From a bacterium (GTDB lineage: Bacteria; Krumholzibacteriota; Krumholzibacteriia; JACNKJ01), in assembly GCA_024231955.1 (NCBI GenBank), contig JAAEPZ010000591.1:98453-162452 (forward strand): 64,000 nt of DNA, written 5' to 3'. The first letter of the stretch is position 1, and every line of letters starts with the position of its first letter. The notes under the pieces are model-generated. The model made no database searches, was not told where the DNA came from, and was given only the letters and a program-made list of their open reading frames with translations. Below are positions 21,248 through 31,615 of this stretch, piece after piece. A program made the position numbers and the translations under genes.

Positions 21248-21522
21248 GATATCGACCTTCCTGGTTTCCCTTTGAAACCCAACTTCGTTAGAATTGATGT
21301 ATACAGTGATAGTATACTAAAACCGGGAATATGTCACGGGGGAATACAGTATAGCGAATAGATGGCGATCAATCGTAAGGAACGCTCAGGAATGCTTTTG
21401 AGACTCCAAACTGTGGTACTGCCGAGGGATTACTCCCCTAACGTGAAATTATTAAGGGGGATAGGGTGAATTACGGATTGCTGGCGTTGAATCGTATCCG
21501 GAGCATATTTTGCCACCGAATT

Positions 21523-24018
21523 TCAGTGGGCAGTTGCTTCAAATGCCTTGAATTCGATACTGTTTTCGGTCAACATCATGTTTGCAGGCCTGAATTTCAG
21601 AAGGAAGCCCGCCCCTTTATATAGGGTGTTGTGTGGCATGGAGTTGATGGAGCCATCGAAGCGATTAATCAAATAGTGGCAACGAGGTAGGCCGAAACCT
21701 CGAGAATTATCGCTGCTTGAACCCTCTACGAACAGATTGGGAATCTGAGCAGGGTCAAGACCGGGGCCATTGTCCGTAATCTCCAGATGAATCCATTCAT
21801 GCCTGGCCTTCAGGTGAAAGTGGATTTCGGGGTTGGCAATGTCCTTGAGCGCATCCTTGGCATTGCCCAGTATATTTTCAAGAACGATGAACAGGCATTT
21901 CCTGTCAAAAAAGATCGGCAGTGCGGGGACCGGCTCCAGATGATACACGGTTTGGATCGGATGAGCTTTGTCCGCAAGGCAGGCACGAACCGTCTGCATC
22001 AGTCCGACTCCCAGATCGGTTGTGAAATGTATCCGAGTCTCGGTGACTATCTTCTTGATACACTCAGAAACATGAACTGCTTGTCGCTGAATACCCTTCA
22101 GAAGAAGCGAGTGTAATGGACCGCCTGATTCATAGCGCCGGATGAAGAATCTGAAGAGCCATAGGTGCCAGCCAAGTGGATTTGAGGTTCGCTGAGACCG
22201 GCTCAGAGACCTGTACAGGTTGTTGATGGTCCTGATCATGTTCAGGGAGTCCTGGGTATGCAGGATATGGAGCAGGTGGTCCATATCCTGTGAGGTCGTG
22301 TTTTCAGGCGACCGAAGTCCAATTTTACATAACCTGTCGAAGAGACTCTTCCCGCCGGGGGAGCTGATGGAGCGTTCAAGGAGGCGATAGAGCAGATACC
22401 AGATCTCCCAATTGACCGGGGAGGTTGCCGGGGGAGCAACCGGTTTCTTGTTGATTCGGATGAATGCAACCAGCAGTCCGCCAGTGAGGAGACCCGTCAG
22501 GAACAGTAACAGTCCGGCGGGCAAAGTACGCTTGCTCGGAGCCAGTTGGGCAAGGGTCAACCGGTTCCCGTTTAGATAGGCGGGCTGAATCTTCCCCCCT
22601 TCCCATTGCCAGAAACAGGTGGGCAGGAAACAGGGGGTGGTGCCCTGAGCCGGATCCGGTTTCAGAATGGCCAGAGTATTCAGGTCGTTATCCAGAATCA
22701 GACCGCCTGAATCGGCAACCGTGACGACGATCTCCAGGTTGCCGTCACCCACTAGATCGCACAGGGTCTGGATGCTTACGCTTTTATCGAACTCCCTCTC
22801 GGCAATAGTCTCCAGATCCAGATTGAGGTGGGCGATCCTGCCGTTCTGTAGGGCCAGCAGGATGTCATCGCAGCCATCCTGGTCCAAGTCGGCGACAATG
22901 ACGCTGTAGGTGTTGGCCTGAAGCGTGCGATACTTCAGGATCTCACCGCTCAGGCTTTTCAGCTCAAGTCTGCTGGGTTTATCATCCTTCACTCCGCTGG
23001 ATATGTTCACCAGCCGGGCAATGGGGTGGCCATCGTGTCTCACCAGGCGCTGCTTGACATGTGAGTGGATCGATCCCCGAGCATTGCATTCGACCAGTTC
23101 CCCTGTCTCGCTGATCACCAGTTCGTAACTGTGATCATCTCCGCCTATATCCTGCACGAACGTTCCGTTGCCCGGTGAGGATGTACCGAACAGCATCTCG
23201 AGATGACCATCGCCGTCAAGATCGGTCACGCCGCCGCAGGTCGGGGGGCTGGGGACGTTGCGTTGCCATTTGATCCCCACATCCGGCTTATAGAGAAGTA
23301 CCGAACGCTGAGTACCGCCAAAGGCGGTGCCGATCTGGATGACGACACCCCGCCTGTCAGGCAACACGATTACGGGCAGCAGGCTGGCGGTGTTCATGGG
23401 CTTCGTCAGCAGCCCGGGGATCGCCACTTTGAATAGGCATTGTGCCTTGTGGCTGTAATCGGGAACCTGACTCCAGAATTCCAGCGTGTCGGGCTTGAGC
23501 GAATAGAAGAGCAGCTCCAGGACCCCGTCATCGTTCAGGTCATCAGGCGGCAGGCAACGATAGTGACCCTGGAGATTGAATTGGAGGTGGTCGGAGAAGG
23601 TGGTGGCATGGCGCGAGCTATGGATGAGCAGGATCGTGCAATCATTCAACTTGTCGTACTGGCTGAACAGGATGTCGGCGCATTGATCGTGATTGAGGTC
23701 CTTGCACGAGATGAATTCGAACTCATCCCTGATACAGTGGGCCTGGTAGACATCCTCGACTGTCCACGGAATGAAATCCGCTCCGCAGTCGGGCGCCAGT
23801 ACCATGAGCGCCAGCAACATTGTGCTACCCGCGTGGTGACTGCGCGCCTTTCCGGTATTGCTCTCGACAACGGCTCCCTTGCTCCTTTTACGCGTACGAC
23901 GGACACAGCGCAATGCCTGTGCGATCAACAGCAGGATGAGCACCGCCAGACAGATTATGAAGATGCCTAAATGTCCCTCACCCGATCTCAGTCCGAATGC
24001 GTCAAACAGTGCCGTCAT
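21523..24018 (-). CDS. FG-GAP-repeat membrane protein with intact HATPase domain (sensor kinase-like, no clear H-box)
   Basis: DLNHDQCADI, DLNDDGVLEL, DLDGDGHLEM, DLDQDGCDDI, DLVGDGNLEI repeats; TM; ENILGNA, DNGPG, LF, GFGL boxes. Confidence 0.8.
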   Translation of the reverse strand: MTALFDAFGLRSGEGHLGIFIICLAVLILLLIAQALRCVRRTRKRSKGAVVESNTGKARSHHAGSTMLLALMVLAPDCGADFIPWTVEDVYQAHCIRDEFEFISCKDLNHDQCADILFSQYDKLNDCTILLIHSSRHATTFSDHLQFNLQGHYRCLPPDDLNDDGVLELLFYSLKPDTLEFWSQVPDYSHKAQCLFKVAIPGLLTKPMNTASLLPVIVLPDRRGVVIQIGTAFGGTQRSVLLYKPDVGIKWQRNVPSPPTCGGVTDLDGDGHLEMLFGTSSPGNGTFVQDIGGDDHSYELVISETGELVECNARGSIHSHVKQRLVRHDGHPIARLVNISSGVKDDKPSRLELKSLSGEILKYRTLQANTYSVIVADLDQDGCDDILLALQNGRIAHLNLDLETIAEREFDKSVSIQTLCDLVGDGNLEIVVTVADSGGLILDNDLNTLAILKPDPAQGTTPCFLPTCFWQWEGGKIQPAYLNGNRLTLAQLAPSKRTLPAGLLLFLTGLLTGGLLVAFIRINKKPVAPPATSPVNWEIWYLLYRLLERSISSPGGKSLFDRLCKIGLRSPENTTSQDMDHLLHILHTQDSLNMIRTINNLYRSLSRSQRTSNPLGWHLWLFRFFIRRYESGGPLHSLLLKGIQRQAVHVSECIKKIVTETRIHFTTDLGVGLMQTVRACLADKAHPIQTVYHLEPVPALPIFFDRKCLFIVLENILGNAKDALKDIANPEIHFHLKARHEWIHLEITDNGPGLDPAQIPNLFVEGSSSDNSRGFGLPRCHYLINRFDGSINSMPHNTLYKGAGFLLKFRPANMMLTENSIEFKAFEATAH

Positions 24019-26363
24019 GATGCGACCTGCTTGGCCTGCGATACGGTCGTGGAGTCATTGAGGTCCAGCACCACCAACAGCCCGCTATCAGTCACTTCGA
24101 TGTCCGCCAGACTGTATTTCTTGAGGATAGGCGAGGTGACGGAGTGGATATTCCGGAAGGGCATGCCCTGCCCGGCAGAGTCCGAGGTGCTCAGGTGGAG
24201 ATCATGACCCTGTTTGACGAAACTGAATGCGATCTCCGCTTGCCTGGCATCCGTGAAACGGTGCATATGAATTTCGACCAAGGCGTTGACGATCGTGAAG
24301 AAATCCGTGTCGAGCATCACCATGTGGTCGTTCATGTTGATGTTCGTGAAAGAGATACTGAGATTCTGGAGGCGGAATCCCGCAACCTTCCACTTCTGGA
24401 GCCAGATGATCAACAAGTCGCCCAGAGTCCTGGAAAGTTTCTCCTGCACCTGATCCTTGAAAACCCTAACCGTCTCAATGCAAACCTTCAGGGATTGCTT
24501 GAATTCCTGCAGGGCGTTGTCGGACAGAAGCCCGCTCTCAAACACCTCATTTGCATGCTTTTCGCAAATCTCGCATGCCTGACTGAACTCGCCGCAAGGG
24601 GAGTTCCGACGATTCGTGTCATCAAGGATGGTGATCAGATCTTTGAGTGCCGGCAACGGATACCTGATGAAGAAGGCCGTGGTGGTCCGAAACCGTTCAA
24701 ACAGGCGGGAGTGTTCAAGTTCATCATAATTGTTGAGATGGAAGAGCATCCGTTCCAGGTTCTTGCGATAGGCGCGGGAGTGACGGAATTCGCGGATTGA
24801 GGGATAGAGTTCCTGCCAGTAAACGGGGGTGTTATCGATGTCGAGCAGGTTGACCCCATCGACAAGAGCCAGTTGCGGTCGCGCAGCCCTCCCCCGCTTG
24901 GTCTGCACAATGAGCAGAATGATCAACGGGACCGGCAGAAGCCAGGGGAACCAGACGGGTAGCGGGCCGGCGACAATACCGGGGTTCCTGTCCAGACAGA
25001 AAACGCTGGCCTGATGTGAACTGACGGGTATGATCATCCGGCCTTGGCTTCCCGATTGCAACCAGTATTGCGGATTGCTGCTGTTGAGTTCGGAGTTCAA
25101 GGTGATGGGGGACTGGAGCGCTGCCAGAGGCTGCATCCGAGAATCCAGGACGGCAATCCGACCGCCTATATTGACCAGGATCTCCTGCTGGCCGTCACCA
25201 AACAGATCGAAACTGTACATCGGAGTGACGCGTGCCTCGCACCACCATCGCCCTATCTCCGCAAGATCGCCATTGTACAGCACCAGACTGCCGTCATGAA
25301 AACCGGCGAGGATCTGCTCGTTGCCATTTCTGTCGAGATCGATGGTGATGAGACGGGTGAGAGATGCATGGCATTGGAGAACTTTCTCCAACTGCCCCTC
25401 GTGATCGAATATGCGCAGTTGGTCGCGACGTCCGGAGTCGTTGCGCAGCATGGCACCGATCAGGTAGCCCGGGGCGGCGCTAGTGCGCAACGGGAAGGTG
25501 GTTGCCTGCGAGTAGGCACCTCCGGCAGCCCGATGCATGACCATCGAGCCGTCCAGGCGGCGTACGACCCAGTAGCTGCGGCTGTCGTCTTCACCGGGTA
25601 TCCGATTGCCCTGCATGTCGGCAAAGCTGGTTTGAAAGAGTAGATGATCCTGAAGCGCGGACGCCCCATCGTCGGGGAGATTGCTCATCCTGGGTATTGC
25701 GAAATGCTGCGGATATCTCAGACGTCCGGCAGAGGGGAAGTAGTTCCGGAATCCATTCCGATCGATAAGCAGCAGGCCGGAGGGTCCATCGATCCTGCTT
25801 GGTTGAAAATTGATGAGGGCCATGCCCAGATCGGGCAGAGCCAATCCGTCCGAACGACATTCCAAAGTGGGATTGGAGAAGAGAGCGGGCAGCTCCGCAG
25901 GGGAGAGCTCGAGCAGGGGCTCGCTCCGCACCTCCGAGGCCCAGTGGGTCAGTTCGATGATTTTGATATGTAAGCCATCCGAGCGATTTTCCCAGAAGAC
26001 AAGATCATCGCGAGCATCGGCATTGAGATCACCGAAGGCGGCAAGCCCACCCTGATGAGCCTTGAACGAGGTGCTCCAGCGAAGACCAAAATCGTATAAT
26101 TCGGAATCGTAGACCTGAGCCCGACCAAGGGCCGCCGGTCGCGACGCGTTACTGCTCGCAACGATCAACGTTTCATCGCTGCCCTTGGCGTCAATCAGGT
26201 GGAAACCCGTGCCGACCAGACTCTGGATTTCGGTGAAGCGATACTTGAAGTTCACGTCCGAGGACAGAATGATCCGTTCGCCCTGGCCCGCAGAGGCGAT
26301 CCGGGCCGGGAAGGATATCAGCAGGAGGCCAATAAACGCAGCAAGGTAGCGGTGAATAGCCAT
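24015..26363 (-). CDS. FG-GAP-repeat membrane protein with degenerate kinase-like cytoplasmic domain
   Basis: Signal peptide from MAIHR (start could extend to 26438); DLNADARDDL, DLDRNGNEQI, DLFGDGQQEI; TM; EFRH; degenerate N/G1 boxes; ATGA overlap with the next gene. Confidence 0.7.
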   Translation of the reverse strand: MAIHRYLAAFIGLLLISFPARIASAGQGERIILSSDVNFKYRFTEIQSLVGTGFHLIDAKGSDETLIVASSNASRPAALGRAQVYDSELYDFGLRWSTSFKAHQGGLAAFGDLNADARDDLVFWENRSDGLHIKIIELTHWASEVRSEPLLELSPAELPALFSNPTLECRSDGLALPDLGMALINFQPSRIDGPSGLLLIDRNGFRNYFPSAGRLRYPQHFAIPRMSNLPDDGASALQDHLLFQTSFADMQGNRIPGEDDSRSYWVVRRLDGSMVMHRAAGGAYSQATTFPLRTSAAPGYLIGAMLRNDSGRRDQLRIFDHEGQLEKVLQCHASLTRLITIDLDRNGNEQILAGFHDGSLVLYNGDLAEIGRWWCEARVTPMYSFDLFGDGQQEILVNIGGRIAVLDSRMQPLAALQSPITLNSELNSSNPQYWLQSGSQGRMIIPVSSHQASVFCLDRNPGIVAGPLPVWFPWLLPVPLIILLIVQTKRGRAARPQLALVDGVNLLDIDNTPVYWQELYPSIREFRHSRAYRKNLERMLFHLNNYDELEHSRLFERFRTTTAFFIRYPLPALKDLITILDDTNRRNSPCGEFSQACEICEKHANEVFESGLLSDNALQEFKQSLKVCIETVRVFKDQVQEKLSRTLGDLLIIWLQKWKVAGFRLQNLSISFTNINMNDHMVMLDTDFFTIVNALVEIHMHRFTDARQAEIAFSFVKQGHDLHLSTSDSAGQGMPFRNIHSVTSPILKKYSLADIEVTDSGLLVVLDLNDSTTVSQAKQVAS

Positions 26364-26509
26364 TATCCCATCAAGGGTTTGGGAAGAGCGACAGCAAGAA
26401 TTGTAGCAGAGTGGGTTGGTCGAAGATAGCGCATTCAAAGGAGATTATCTTTTTCTCCTCTATTGAGATCCGTGTGGGATCTGTGCGATGCTCCCCCGGC
26501 TCCAGCGGA

Positions 26510-27427
26510 ATGGATTACGATGTGACTCAGCAAACTCGCGCCTACCTGTATGCCGCCTTGGCCGTATTCTTCTGGTCGACGGTGGCTTCGGCCTTCAAGA
26601 TCTCGTTGCGTGTGTTGACTCCCGCCCAGTTGCTGCTGGTCGCCTCCCTTGCCTCGACACTCATCCTCTTCATAACGTTGATTATTCGCGGGGAGATAAC
26701 CGACCTGCGCCGGTCAACCAAAAGGGATCTCCTCAACTCAGCGGTTATGGGGTTGATCAACCCCTGCGTCTATTACCTAATCCTCTTCAAGGCCTATTCC
26801 CTGCTCCCCGGACAGGAGGCGCAGCCGCTCAACTTCACCTGGGGTATCATCCTGCCGCTGCTGTCCGTGCCGTTGCTCGGACAGAGAATCCGGCCCGTCA
26901 GTTTCCTGGCGATACTCCTCAGCTTCGCGGGGGTGTACGTGATCGCGGTGCGCGGCGATCTCCTCTCCTTCAGCTTCGCCAACCCCCTGGGGACCGGGCT
27001 GGCCCTCGGCAGTTCCCTGCTCTGGGCGCTGTACTGGATCCTGGGTATGCGTGACGGTCGCAAGGAGACGGTGAAGCTGTTTCTCAATTTCGTCTGGGGC
27101 ACGCTCTTCGTTCTCATCTGGACCTTTGCCCGCGGCGAACTCGATATCACCGCCCGTGCCGGTTGGCTGGGGGGGGCATATGTCGGGATCTTCGAGATGG
27201 GTCTGACCTTCGTGATCTGGTTGACGGCACTCCGCCTTTCGCGAACCACGGCCCAGGTGGCCAACCTGATCTTTCTCGCCCCGTTCGTCTCTCTGGTGCT
27301 GCTACACCTCATCGCCGGGGAGGAGATACGTCTCTCCTCGCTCGGCGGACTGGTGCTGATCGTCGCCGGGATCATACTTCAGAAACGGCTGGCCGGTGAG
27401 CTCGAAGACACCGTAGCCGAACAGTAA
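26510..27427 (+). CDS. DMT/EamA family transporter
   Basis: About 10 hydrophobic segments in two EamA-like repeats; start approximate. Confidence 0.88.
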   Translation: MDYDVTQQTRAYLYAALAVFFWSTVASAFKISLRVLTPAQLLLVASLASTLILFITLIIRGEITDLRRSTKRDLLNSAVMGLINPCVYYLILFKAYSLLPGQEAQPLNFTWGIILPLLSVPLLGQRIRPVSFLAILLSFAGVYVIAVRGDLLSFSFANPLGTGLALGSSLLWALYWILGMRDGRKETVKLFLNFVWGTLFVLIWTFARGELDITARAGWLGGAYVGIFEMGLTFVIWLTALRLSRTTAQVANLIFLAPFVSLVLLHLIAGEEIRLSSLGGLVLIVAGIILQKRLAGELEDTVAEQ

Positions 27428-27458
27428 GGAACCCCGACGCTCTCAACGCCGGGGTTCC
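27428..27458. terminator. Hairpin between convergent genes
   Basis: GGAACCCCG...CGGGGTTCC inverted repeat. Confidence 0.55.
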
Positions 27459-27484
27459 CGTCGATTCGCCGTCTGTGGGTCGGT

Positions 27485-29038
27485 TCAGGATGTCTCGTAG
27501 ATGACGTCCAGGATCGTCCCGTCAACCCATTTCACAATACCCACGATCTTCTCGCCGACCCTGGGCTTTGCGGGGGGGCCTCCGACAATGCCCTCGATTT
27601 CCCGCTTCAGTTCGTCGATGGATCGCACCGGCAGACCCGCTGCAGTGGCGGACTCGATCAGATCCTGCCGCAGCGGATTGATGGCAATGCCCCGCTCGGT
27701 AACCACCACATCGATCAATTCGCCGGGGCCGCAGAGTGTGGTGACCTCATCGACGATCACCGGAATCCGGTTGCGGAACGCCGGGATCGGCAGAATCGTC
27801 ACGTTGGCGAATAGACAATTCTGCCAACCGCCGATGCCGTGCAGCATCTTGCCGTCACTGTGGGTGACCACGTTGGCGTTGAAATCGACATCGACCTCGG
27901 TGGCGCCGAGCACGACGAAATCCACCAGGGAGGCGAAGTTGCCCTTGCCGTGCCAGTTGTAGCTGGTGAAAGGGCTGGTGGCCAGATGGTTGGGGTTCTC
28001 CCGCATGGAGCGCACCCCCTCAAGGTCGAAGGTCTGACCGTCGAGGAGATAATCCATCATCCCCTCCTCGAGCATCTGGACCATGTACTTCGTCGAACCG
28101 CCCCGCATGAAGCGTGCGCGGATCTCAGCCTCCCGCATCATCTCCTTGAGGAAGATGGCCGTGGCCAGGGCGGTCCCGCCGGCGCCGGCCTGCAGCGAGA
28201 ACCCATCGCGGAAGTATGATGTCGACCGGATGAACTTCGCCGTCAGTTCGGCGATCAGCAGACGGTCGGGACTCTTGGTGATCCGCGTCGTGCCGCTGAC
28301 GATCTTGTCCGGGTCTCCGACCTGCTCCAGTTCGACGACGTAATCCACGTTGTTCCCCTGGATCTGCCAGGGGACGCAGGGGAAGGGCACGAGGTTGTCG
28401 GTAACCACAATCACCTTGTCCGCATAGAGCGAATCGACCAGGCCGAAATTGAGGCTGCCGCAGGCGCTGGGTCCGCGATCCCCCGTGGCGTTGCCGAAAG
28501 CGTCTGCGGTGGGGGCGGCCAGCACCGTGATGTCGATGTGCACCTCGCCGTCCTGCACGGCCTGCCAGCGACCGCCATGACTGCGCAGCACGGCCACGCC
28601 ATCCATGTCGCCGTGACTGGCGTATGCCCCGAGAGGACCGTTGAGGCTCCCCTCGATCCGTTTCAGGACGCCGTTGTCCATGTGTTCGATCATGGGCTTG
28701 TGACAGGGGAACGCGGCGCTGGGAAACCAGACCAGATCCTTCACCCCCAACTCGGCCGCGGCCTGGAAGACCGCATTCATCACCAGATCCCCGTTACGGA
28801 AGTGGTGATGATTGCTGATGGTCATGCCGCTCTTCAGACCGGCTTTGCGCAGCGCCTCCTTCAAAGTGGCGACCCGCTTGTCGCCGTCGGCCGGGAAGTC
28901 CCCGCACTGGGCGACAGAGGGCGCCGTCTTGCGCCCCTGCGGCTGGAACTGCCCGACACCCTTGTACGGTGTCTGGGGAACGGCATTGACCTCTGTGGGA
29001 ACCATCCGACCCGCGGCATTCTTCACCATCTTGCTCAT
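27485..29038 (-). CDS. citF: Citrate lyase alpha subunit (citrate CoA/ACP transferase)
   Basis: GMTISNHHHFRNGD, RSHGGR, QAGAGG, LGATEVDVDFNANV, VVTERGIAINP. Confidence 0.9.
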   Translation of the reverse strand: MSKMVKNAAGRMVPTEVNAVPQTPYKGVGQFQPQGRKTAPSVAQCGDFPADGDKRVATLKEALRKAGLKSGMTISNHHHFRNGDLVMNAVFQAAAELGVKDLVWFPSAAFPCHKPMIEHMDNGVLKRIEGSLNGPLGAYASHGDMDGVAVLRSHGGRWQAVQDGEVHIDITVLAAPTADAFGNATGDRGPSACGSLNFGLVDSLYADKVIVVTDNLVPFPCVPWQIQGNNVDYVVELEQVGDPDKIVSGTTRITKSPDRLLIAELTAKFIRSTSYFRDGFSLQAGAGGTALATAIFLKEMMREAEIRARFMRGGSTKYMVQMLEEGMMDYLLDGQTFDLEGVRSMRENPNHLATSPFTSYNWHGKGNFASLVDFVVLGATEVDVDFNANVVTHSDGKMLHGIGGWQNCLFANVTILPIPAFRNRIPVIVDEVTTLCGPGELIDVVVTERGIAINPLRQDLIESATAAGLPVRSIDELKREIEGIVGGPPAKPRVGEKIVGIVKWVDGTILDVIYETS

Positions 29039-30261
29039 GAGGTCACCTCCTTGCCCTTACGCCAGGTTTCGTCAAGCAGTCCGGTGGCCAGAGCCAGCTT
29101 AACCGTGTGCTGTGCCCGTTTGACCACGGGTGCGTCGATCATCTTGCTCCCCAGGCTGACGACCCCCAGGCCGCGCGCCTCGGCATCCTCGAAGGCCTCC
29201 ACGATCCGGCAGGCCTTTTTGACCTCCGCCGTTTCGGGGGCGAAAGCCTGGTTGACCACCGCGATCTGACGGGGATGGATGCACCCCTTGCCGTCGAAGC
29301 CGAGTCTCTTGGCCTCAAGTACGCTTTGACGCAGCCCCTCCTGGTCGCCCACGTCGCTGAAAACGGTATCGATGGGCTGCAGCCTGGCGGCCCGGGCCGC
29401 ATTGATGCACTGTCCGCGCATCCAGCGGCTCTCCTCACCCTCAAGCGTCCGCTGCACGCCGATGTCGGCGGTATAGTCCTCCAGACCAATGGCCACGGCC
29501 ACGTTGTTCGCGGATGCGCGGCAGATATCCAGCGCCTGCAGTGCTCCCAGGGCGCTTTCGATGATCGGCATCAGCCACACCGGCTCGGTGCGTCCGCAGG
29601 CCGCGCTGACCTCGGCGATCTTGGCGTCGATCAGTTTCAACTCCTCGGGGGTTTCGATTTTGGGTGCCAGGACAAGTTGCACGCCGTGGGGGACGATCCA
29701 CTCGAGGTCATCGAGACCGCGTTGACCCTGATTGATCCTCACCATGAGTTCGGCCTTGCCGAAATCGATTGCACGGAGGGCGTTGCGCACCACGATCCGA
29801 GCCGAATCCTTCTGGGTGGCGGCCACGGCATCCTCCAGGTCGAGGATGACCGCATCGGGATTGTGCAGGCCCGCGTTGATGAAAAGTCGGGGGGTATTGC
29901 CGGGCAGGTACAGACGACTGCGCCGGAAGCGGTCCCGGGCCGATGGGGTGGGATTTGCCCGTTGCTCCGGCAGGATCTCGGCCCGCAACTCGCCCAGGGC
30001 GCGTCGCGCGGCGACCTCGAGCCGGGCATCGATGACGAACGGCAGGGCCCCCGTATCCTCCATCTCGACTCGCGCATGCTCGATGCCCAGAGTCGTCAGT
30101 CCCCTGAGCAGCTGTTCGCGGATGGAGTCACCGTACATGGACTCCACCTTCGAACTCACCTCCAGCTCAATGCCGCCACTATTTCTGATCTCTAGATCGA
30201 TCCAGCAGTCGGAGCGCACATTCTTGCCGCGCACACCGGCTTCGGCTCTGCCTGTACTCAT
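29035..30261 (-). CDS. citE: CitD(ACP)-CitE(citryl-CoA lyase) fusion
   Basis: N-terminal CitD-like segment (SKVESMYG..I, DTGALPFVIDARLE); then RRSRLYLPGN, DLEDAV, VRIN, IIES, GKGCIHPRQ, MIDAPVV; GGGAGA RBS before ATG 30261. Confidence 0.85.
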   Translation of the reverse strand: MSTGRAEAGVRGKNVRSDCWIDLEIRNSGGIELEVSSKVESMYGDSIREQLLRGLTTLGIEHARVEMEDTGALPFVIDARLEVAARRALGELRAEILPEQRANPTPSARDRFRRSRLYLPGNTPRLFINAGLHNPDAVILDLEDAVAATQKDSARIVVRNALRAIDFGKAELMVRINQGQRGLDDLEWIVPHGVQLVLAPKIETPEELKLIDAKIAEVSAACGRTEPVWLMPIIESALGALQALDICRASANNVAVAIGLEDYTADIGVQRTLEGEESRWMRGQCINAARAARLQPIDTVFSDVGDQEGLRQSVLEAKRLGFDGKGCIHPRQIAVVNQAFAPETAEVKKACRIVEAFEDAEARGLGVVSLGSKMIDAPVVKRAQHTVKLALATGLLDETWRKGKEVTS

Positions 30262-30398
30262 GTAGGTTGTCTCCCGGCTAGGTGTTGATCGGATACCGTG
30301 AACCCATGATTTCACTATTACCATTTTGCGTCCGTCGAGGCAATGGACATCGACTCCCGACTCCGGAAACCTCGCCTCCGTACGATCCGCCGCTTCGC

Positions 30399-31316
30399 TC
30401 AGAGTGTGTCGCTGAAGAAAAGCAGAGTGACGCCACCCAGCGCAATCAGGGTGCCCAGCACGGCCCGGAGGCCGATCCGCTCACCGAAAACGATACGTCC
30501 GATCGGCAGCAGGAATACGGGCGGCAGCGCCATGAGGGTGCAGGCGACACCCACCTCTGTGTATTTCAACGCGACCAGCGAGAGGTAGACGCCAATCGCC
30601 GGGCCGGCCATTGTGCCCCCGGCGGTGAAGAGGATGCTGCGCGGACGGGTGCGGAAGGTGCGGATCGTGGATCCGATCCGCTTGCTGAACAGGGCTATGA
30701 GCCAGAGCGCCAACGCCCCCGCGCAGATACGGATCGTCAGACCCGAGAGGGCCGGGATATCGCCGAAGAGCCCCTTTTTGGCGGTTATCATCCCCAGCGC
30801 CTGCCCGACGGCGCCGCCGGAGGCGAAGAGCAGACCGCGCAGGTAGTGACGGGTGTGGGTGTCGGCGCCCGTCTGCCCGTTGCGGTCGGAGACGACCCAG
30901 ATCACGCCGCTAAGCGTAATGAATATCGCCAGGATCTTCATGCCGGCAAGCGTTTCGCCGAGCCAGAGCCGGGCGATCAGGACAGCTACGATTGGGGAGA
31001 GGCTGAAGACGAGCATGGTCAGACGGGTACCGATCATCACAAAGGCTTTGAAGAGGCAGGCATCGCCGAGCACGAAACCGATCAATCCCGACAGGCTGAG
31101 CCAGAACCAGCGCTCGCCGCCCGCGTCAAGGGGCAACGGTGAGCCGAAGATGATGCCGTGCAGCATGAGCATCAACAGCGCCGCGAGCAGGAGGCGGAGG
31201 CGATTGACGTTCTGCGAGCCCGCCAAACGACCGGCCAGAGTGAACAGCGTCGGTCCTATCGCCAGAAAGAGGGAGGAGGTCAGTCCGGCCAACTCGCCGA
31301 TGTAGCGCAGGGGCAT
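30399..31316 (-). CDS. DMT/EamA family transporter
   Basis: About 10 TM segments, LSGLIGFVLGD motif; ATG 31316 with GGAG RBS. Confidence 0.85.
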   Translation of the reverse strand: MPLRYIGELAGLTSSLFLAIGPTLFTLAGRLAGSQNVNRLRLLLAALLMLMLHGIIFGSPLPLDAGGERWFWLSLSGLIGFVLGDACLFKAFVMIGTRLTMLVFSLSPIVAVLIARLWLGETLAGMKILAIFITLSGVIWVVSDRNGQTGADTHTRHYLRGLLFASGGAVGQALGMITAKKGLFGDIPALSGLTIRICAGALALWLIALFSKRIGSTIRTFRTRPRSILFTAGGTMAGPAIGVYLSLVALKYTEVGVACTLMALPPVFLLPIGRIVFGERIGLRAVLGTLIALGGVTLLFFSDTL

Positions 31317-31555
31317 GTGGAATCTCCGAGCTTGGGTGTTCCGCATCAATCCGGGGAGTCGCCAAACGGGTATATGGTCGTCCGGATGAAGGTCTGGAGG
31401 AATGTATCGATAATCGGGGCAGGTGGATAGTCCCGACTGGTCATCTCTGTGGGAAATCCCCGCAAACCGATGAGGGGCGGGGGTTCTCGCGATCCGGCTT
31501 GGTCGGATACCTGACGGGTTTGCGGATCCGTGGATCCTGCACCTGACGAATCGGC

Positions 31556-31591
31556 AAACAGAAGAGCCGAGTTCCAAAGGGAACCCGGCTC
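31556..31591 (-). terminator. Probable terminator after the aconitase-family gene
   Basis: Minus strand GAGCCGGGTTCC-CTTT-GGAACTCGGCTC followed by TTCTGTTT. Confidence 0.55.
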
Positions 31592-31615
31592 ATCGATTCG
31601 GACATCCGGTCGGAC

